Source: an uncultured Chloroflexia bacterium
Lineage (GTDB): Bacteria > Chloroflexota > Limnocylindria > QHBO01
Length of the DNA stretch: 64,000 bases
Assembly: GCA_963825525.1 (NCBI GenBank)
Contig: CAWGTN010000002.1
Location: forward strand, 1,920,001 to 1,984,000
Reading direction: 5' to 3'
The notes under the pieces are model-generated. The model was not told the origin of the DNA and searched no databases. It saw nothing but the letters and a program-made list of their open reading frames with translations. The translations under genes were made by a program, and so were the position numbers. Below are positions 59,847 through 64,000 of the stretch, piece by piece. Each line of letters opens with the position of its first letter. The first letter of the stretch is position 1.

Positions 59847-61157
59847 TTGTCGCTCGAGACCCCGACCCCGGGGGAGCCGTCGCGTGCCGAGATGGGGATG
59901 TCACGCCCCCGACGTCCATCGCTCTGGCGTCACCGCAACTTCCTGAAGCTGTGGTCCGCCCAGACGATCAGCCAGTTCGGCGACGAGATCACGCAGCTTG
60001 CCCTGCCCCTGGTGGCGATCATCACCCTGCAGGCATCGCCATTCCAGATCGGCCTGCTGGGCACCTTCCAGTTCCTGCCGTTCATCCTCCTCACCATTCC
60101 GGCAGGTGTCTGGGTCGATCGCATGCGTCGACGCCCGATTCTCATCGCGGCCGATCTGGGACGCGCTGTCCTGCTCGTCTCGATCCCGGTCGCGTTCATG
60201 GGCGGCTGGCTGACGATGGTCCAGCTCTATGCGGTGGCGTTCGCCGTCGGCTGCCTCGAGGTGTTCTTCGACGTCGCCTACCAGTCGTACCTGCCCGCGG
60301 TCGTCGAGCGGGACCAGCTGGTGGATGGCAACGCCAAGCTCGAGCTCTCGAATTCGGCATCGACCGTCATCGGCCCCGGCGTGGCCGGCTTCCTGGTGGA
60401 GCTGGTGCGGGCGCCGTTCGCCATCCTGTTCGACGCGCTCTCGTACCTCGGCTCGGCCGTCATCCTGTTCTTCATCCGGAGCCCGGAGCCGGCCCCGGAG
60501 GTCCACGATCCGGCCACCGGCCCGCGACCCACCATGCGGCAAGAGGCGAGCGACGGCATGCGCTACGTCCTGGGCCACCGCTTCCTGCGCTACATCGCCG
60601 CCTGCACGGGGACCCTCAACCTGTTCGGCAACATCGGCGGCGTCATCATGGTGCTCTACATCGTTCGAGAGCTCGGCATCAACCCGGGCACCCTGGGGCT
60701 CATCTTTGCCCTGGCCAACCTCGGCGTGCTGTTCGGGGCACTGACCGCCGAGCGGTTTGCCCGGTGGTTCGGCCTCGGGCCGACGATCGTGGTGAGCGCG
60801 GCCGTCTCACCGTTCACCCTCGTGCTCGTCGCGCTGGCGCCACGCGACGCGCCGGTCCCATTCCTGGTTGCCGGCGGTGTCATCGGCGCGGCGACCGCGG
60901 TCATCTACAACATCAACCAGGTCAGCCTGCGCCAGGCGATCACGCCGGAACGGATGCTGGGCCGAATGAACGCCACCATGCGGTTCATCGTGTGGGGCAC
61001 GATCCCCATCGGGTCGATTGCCGGCGGCTTCCTCGGTGGGCTCATCGGTCTGCAGGCGACGATCTGGATCGGCGCCATCGGCTCGTTCATCGCCTTCCTG
61101 CCGGTCCTGTTCTCGCCGGTGCGCTCACTGGTGCGCATCCCGGACGCGGAGGCCTGA
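59847..61157 (+). CDS. MFS transporter (start uncertain: 59847, 59891 or 59897)
   Basis: RNFLKLW, GVWVDRMRRR, VFFDVAYQSYLP, LGRMNA. Confidence 0.9.
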   Translation: MSLETPTPGEPSRAEMGMSRPRRPSLWRHRNFLKLWSAQTISQFGDEITQLALPLVAIITLQASPFQIGLLGTFQFLPFILLTIPAGVWVDRMRRRPILIAADLGRAVLLVSIPVAFMGGWLTMVQLYAVAFAVGCLEVFFDVAYQSYLPAVVERDQLVDGNAKLELSNSASTVIGPGVAGFLVELVRAPFAILFDALSYLGSAVILFFIRSPEPAPEVHDPATGPRPTMRQEASDGMRYVLGHRFLRYIAACTGTLNLFGNIGGVIMVLYIVRELGINPGTLGLIFALANLGVLFGALTAERFARWFGLGPTIVVSAAVSPFTLVLVALAPRDAPVPFLVAGGVIGAATAVIYNINQVSLRQAITPERMLGRMNATMRFIVWGTIPIGSIAGGFLGGLIGLQATIWIGAIGSFIAFLPVLFSPVRSLVRIPDAEA

Positions 61158-62038
61158 TGACGCTGGATGCGCCGATCGCGCTGCTCCGCGGTGGCCGATG
61201 CGCTGGATGAGCCGATGATCGGCAGCGTCGAGCAGCGCACGCGCTGGCTGCTGATCGAGGATCGAAGCGCATGGGGCAGCGACGCCGTCAAGGACGTCCT
61301 TGGGCCGGAGCTTCCTGCCGCGGCCAAGGCGCGCGGCGTCCGCGTTCTTCTCATCAAGCGCCGAGAGGGCGATCCTCGGCCGATGCGACGCGTCGCGCCA
61401 TCCTCGTTGACGTGGTCGAGCGCCGGGCGGCCGAGCGTCAGATTGCAGACCTTGCCGAGCTCGACCTGTCGGAGATCACCGACGCACCGGTCGAGGCCTT
61501 CGGCCGCGCCGTGACCGATCCGATCTTCCTCGTCTGCACCAATGGGAAGCGCGACGCGTGCTGCGCGTTGCGAGGTCGCGCCCTCATGGCGGCGTTGGCG
61601 GTCAAGCATGGCGACCGAACGTGGGAGTGCACGCACCTGGGCGGGCATAGATTCGCCGGCAACCTCGTGTGCCTGCCGGACGGAATCGTCTACGGGCGGG
61701 TCGCGCCGGCGGACGGTCCGAGGCTGGCGTCCGCCTACCTCGATGGAGTTCTGGACCCGTCGCTCCTGCGCGGACGCTCTGCCTGGCCGGCGCCGGCCCA
61801 GGTCGCGGAGCAGCACCTGCGCCTGGGGGCCGGGCTTGGTGACCTGGATGACGTGACGATGCGGGAGTGCGAGGTAGCGGACGGGTCGGCGCGCGTCATC
61901 CTTGCCGATGGGGATGGCACGCTCCACCGATTCGAGCTGCAGGCAGAGCGATTGGAGCCCCAGCGCGCGGTGAGCTGCGCCGGCGACAAGATCGAGGCGC
62001 CGGTGCACTGGCGCGTGACGCCCGGTGCCACACTCTGA
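61157..62038 (+). CDS. Sucrase/ferredoxin-like [2Fe-2S] protein with 2 frameshifts
   Basis: WLLIE..WG, LVCTNGKRDACC, WECTHLGGHRFA, YGRV; shifts near 61175 and 61378. Confidence 0.8.
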
Positions 62039-62060
62039 TCTCATGGGGCGTCTGGGGGGC

Positions 62061-63542
62061 ATGTATCGGCTGGCCGGCGTCGTCATCCTGACCATCTGCG
62101 TGGCATGCGACGCTGCACCGAGCCCGCCTGCCAGCGAAAACGCTGCGTCCACCGCTCCTTCATCGAACGAGACCGTCGATGCCAGCGAGCAGCTGGCCGG
62201 GATCGCGTGGTGGCGGACGGAGCTCATGGGATTCGGTGTGATCCCGGAAGCGCCGATCGACCCGAATCCACCGCTCAACCCGGGTGGGTACCGGGAATTG
62301 GTCGTGGGCACACTGGATGGTCGGGTGACCGCTGTCATGGCGCTCCACGATGCCTGGTCACGTTCCTCCGTGTCCGGCCCATACGGGACGGATGTGCTGG
62401 TTGCGAACGATGTGGGCACGCAGTCCGAGGTCTTCATGATCTCCGCGCGTGACGGCACACGGCGCGACCTGTTTGCAAGCGACGCGATCGTGGCCGCCGC
62501 AGCCGTGGGCGACGGAGGCCGGTCCGTCTACTACCTGGAGCTGGACCGCGGGTCGCTGATCTCCACAGGGCTCTTTCGGCGGCCGATCGAGGGTGGGCCG
62601 CCCGAGCTCGTCCTCGAGGGCAGCATCACCGAGGACTCCCCCGAGCCGGTCGTGTACTGGGTCACCGCCGATCCGATCGTCGACCGGGTCGTGGTGCAGT
62701 GGTGCTTCGGCCAGGTCCAGTGCACGTCGTACCTCCTGGATCCCCGCGACGGCTCGTTCGTCACCCAAGACACCCTGGGGTGGCCCCTCGGAGCCGGACC
62801 GACAACGTTCTTCGGAAATGGGCTCGCCTCGAGCCCGAACGCGCTCGCGTGGCGCACAGGGAGCGGGGAAGTGGACACCGTCGCCGGCGCCCGTCACAGC
62901 GTGCCGGTGGCCACGGGCGGTGGCTGGCGGTTCGTCCGCGACGAGGAGGGTGATCTGGAACAGCACACGGTCCTGGTGGGACCCGCAGGTCGAGAGGAGC
63001 GGATCCCGGGGGCTGACCCCGCCCTATCGACGATCGGGACGCTCGGCGAGAACCGCGGCGTGGCGCTTCCTCCCGGATGGGTCCTGCGCTGGCCCGGCGC
63101 ACGGTTCTTCAGCGTGGAGGAGGGGCCCCCGGGTGGTGATGGCCAGCTGATCGCGGTCGGGACCGGGCAGCGGGTGACGCTTCCGCGGCCCGAGCTGGTG
63201 GTCACCGTCGCACCAACCTGTGAGCCGCCAATTCCGTCCGAGATGCCGGGTGGTCAACGCGCCGGGCCGGGTGTTCGGGAGCTCCTGGCCGGCCGTCGCA
63301 CCATTCGGTGGGGAACTGGTGAAGACCGGGTGATCCTCGCACCGGGTCACGACGCGCTTGCGGGCGCATCCGATGGCGAGCCCGTCGTCGTGCGAGGCCA
63401 CGAGGGCCGGCTCACTGCCGTCGGTGACGAGGGGGTGGGCGAGGTGCTCTTCACCTGGAGCGATGGCACGTGCGCGAACACGGTGTGGTTGGCCCCGGGG
63501 ACCACCCTGGACGAGGCACGCGACTACGCCGAGCGCTACTGA
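62061..63542 (+). CDS. Hypothetical lipoprotein
   Basis: Lipobox-like CVAC; beta-rich body; C-terminal VRGHEG..FTWSDG domain. Confidence 0.6.
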   Translation: MYRLAGVVILTICVACDAAPSPPASENAASTAPSSNETVDASEQLAGIAWWRTELMGFGVIPEAPIDPNPPLNPGGYRELVVGTLDGRVTAVMALHDAWSRSSVSGPYGTDVLVANDVGTQSEVFMISARDGTRRDLFASDAIVAAAAVGDGGRSVYYLELDRGSLISTGLFRRPIEGGPPELVLEGSITEDSPEPVVYWVTADPIVDRVVVQWCFGQVQCTSYLLDPRDGSFVTQDTLGWPLGAGPTTFFGNGLASSPNALAWRTGSGEVDTVAGARHSVPVATGGGWRFVRDEEGDLEQHTVLVGPAGREERIPGADPALSTIGTLGENRGVALPPGWVLRWPGARFFSVEEGPPGGDGQLIAVGTGQRVTLPRPELVVTVAPTCEPPIPSEMPGGQRAGPGVRELLAGRRTIRWGTGEDRVILAPGHDALAGASDGEPVVVRGHEGRLTAVGDEGVGEVLFTWSDGTCANTVWLAPGTTLDEARDYAERY

Positions 63543-63548
63543 CTGGCG

Positions 63549-63977
63549 CTACGGCCTGGGCGGATCCAGCTCCTGGAACACCGTGATCTGGACTCCGGCC
63601 GGCGCCTCGAGCCGTGAGTTGAGCGACCGCCAAGGTGTCTCGACGGGCGGCGCGATGAGCTCGGCGCCACCGGCCACCAGGGCCTGGGTCGTGGTCGCAG
63701 CATCGGCGACCTCGAATGCCACGCGGAACTTCGGAGCAACCGGACGCCCCACCTCGACGCGGTCGATGAACGCCTTCTGGGCCGGATTCGCCAGCTCGAG
63801 GGTCGCCCGACCGGCGTCCAGGATGGTCACGTGGGCGCCGTCCTCGCCGTCGAATGAACCTTCTTCCCGCAGGCCGAGCACGTCGCGATAGAAGCGCACC
63901 GCCTCCTCGTAGTCCTCGGCTTCCACCACGAGGCGCATCTGGAGCACCGGCTTGGATGGTCGATTCTGGTCATGCAT
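63549..63977 (-). CDS. VOC/glyoxalase family protein
   Basis: AVRFYRDVLG, RVAFEV, ETPW..NSRL..PAGVQITVF. Confidence 0.88.
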   Translation of the reverse strand: MHDQNRPSKPVLQMRLVVEAEDYEEAVRFYRDVLGLREEGSFDGEDGAHVTILDAGRATLELANPAQKAFIDRVEVGRPVAPKFRVAFEVADAATTTQALVAGGAELIAPPVETPWRSLNSRLEAPAGVQITVFQELDPPRP

Positions 63978-64000
63978 GCGGCCCATCGAACACGACGACG

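Overview
High-GC bacterial chromosomal window with about 65 densely packed genes. I found no rRNA, tRNA, CRISPR array or transposase. Gene content (heliorhodopsin, cofDCE, many lipoproteins, widespread leaderless starts) suggests a monoderm such as Chloroflexota; this is inference only. Main blocks: (i) reductive pyrimidine catabolism (NitT/TauT ABC transporter, class-III aminotransferase, ureidopropionase-like nitrilase, TIGR03842-type LLM oxidoreductase, dihydropyrimidinase) with no preT/preA in the window, next to F420 biosynthesis genes and other F420-type enzymes; (ii) a heliorhodopsin between a TrkA-domain K+ channel and an FGLLP membrane protein; (iii) a divergent three-gene module encoding an LtaS/sulfatase-fold membrane transferase, a YIDPGSGS membrane micropeptide and a NoeA-like kinase-methyltransferase fusion, which is the best candidate for an undescribed system; (iv) a MarR/MFS cluster with a GTTAGCAT-N4-AAC box that recurs before a DUF885 gene; (v) housekeeping and accessory genes. 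At least six genes carry frameshifts that most likely reflect assembly indels. All family assignments come from motif recognition, not database searches.
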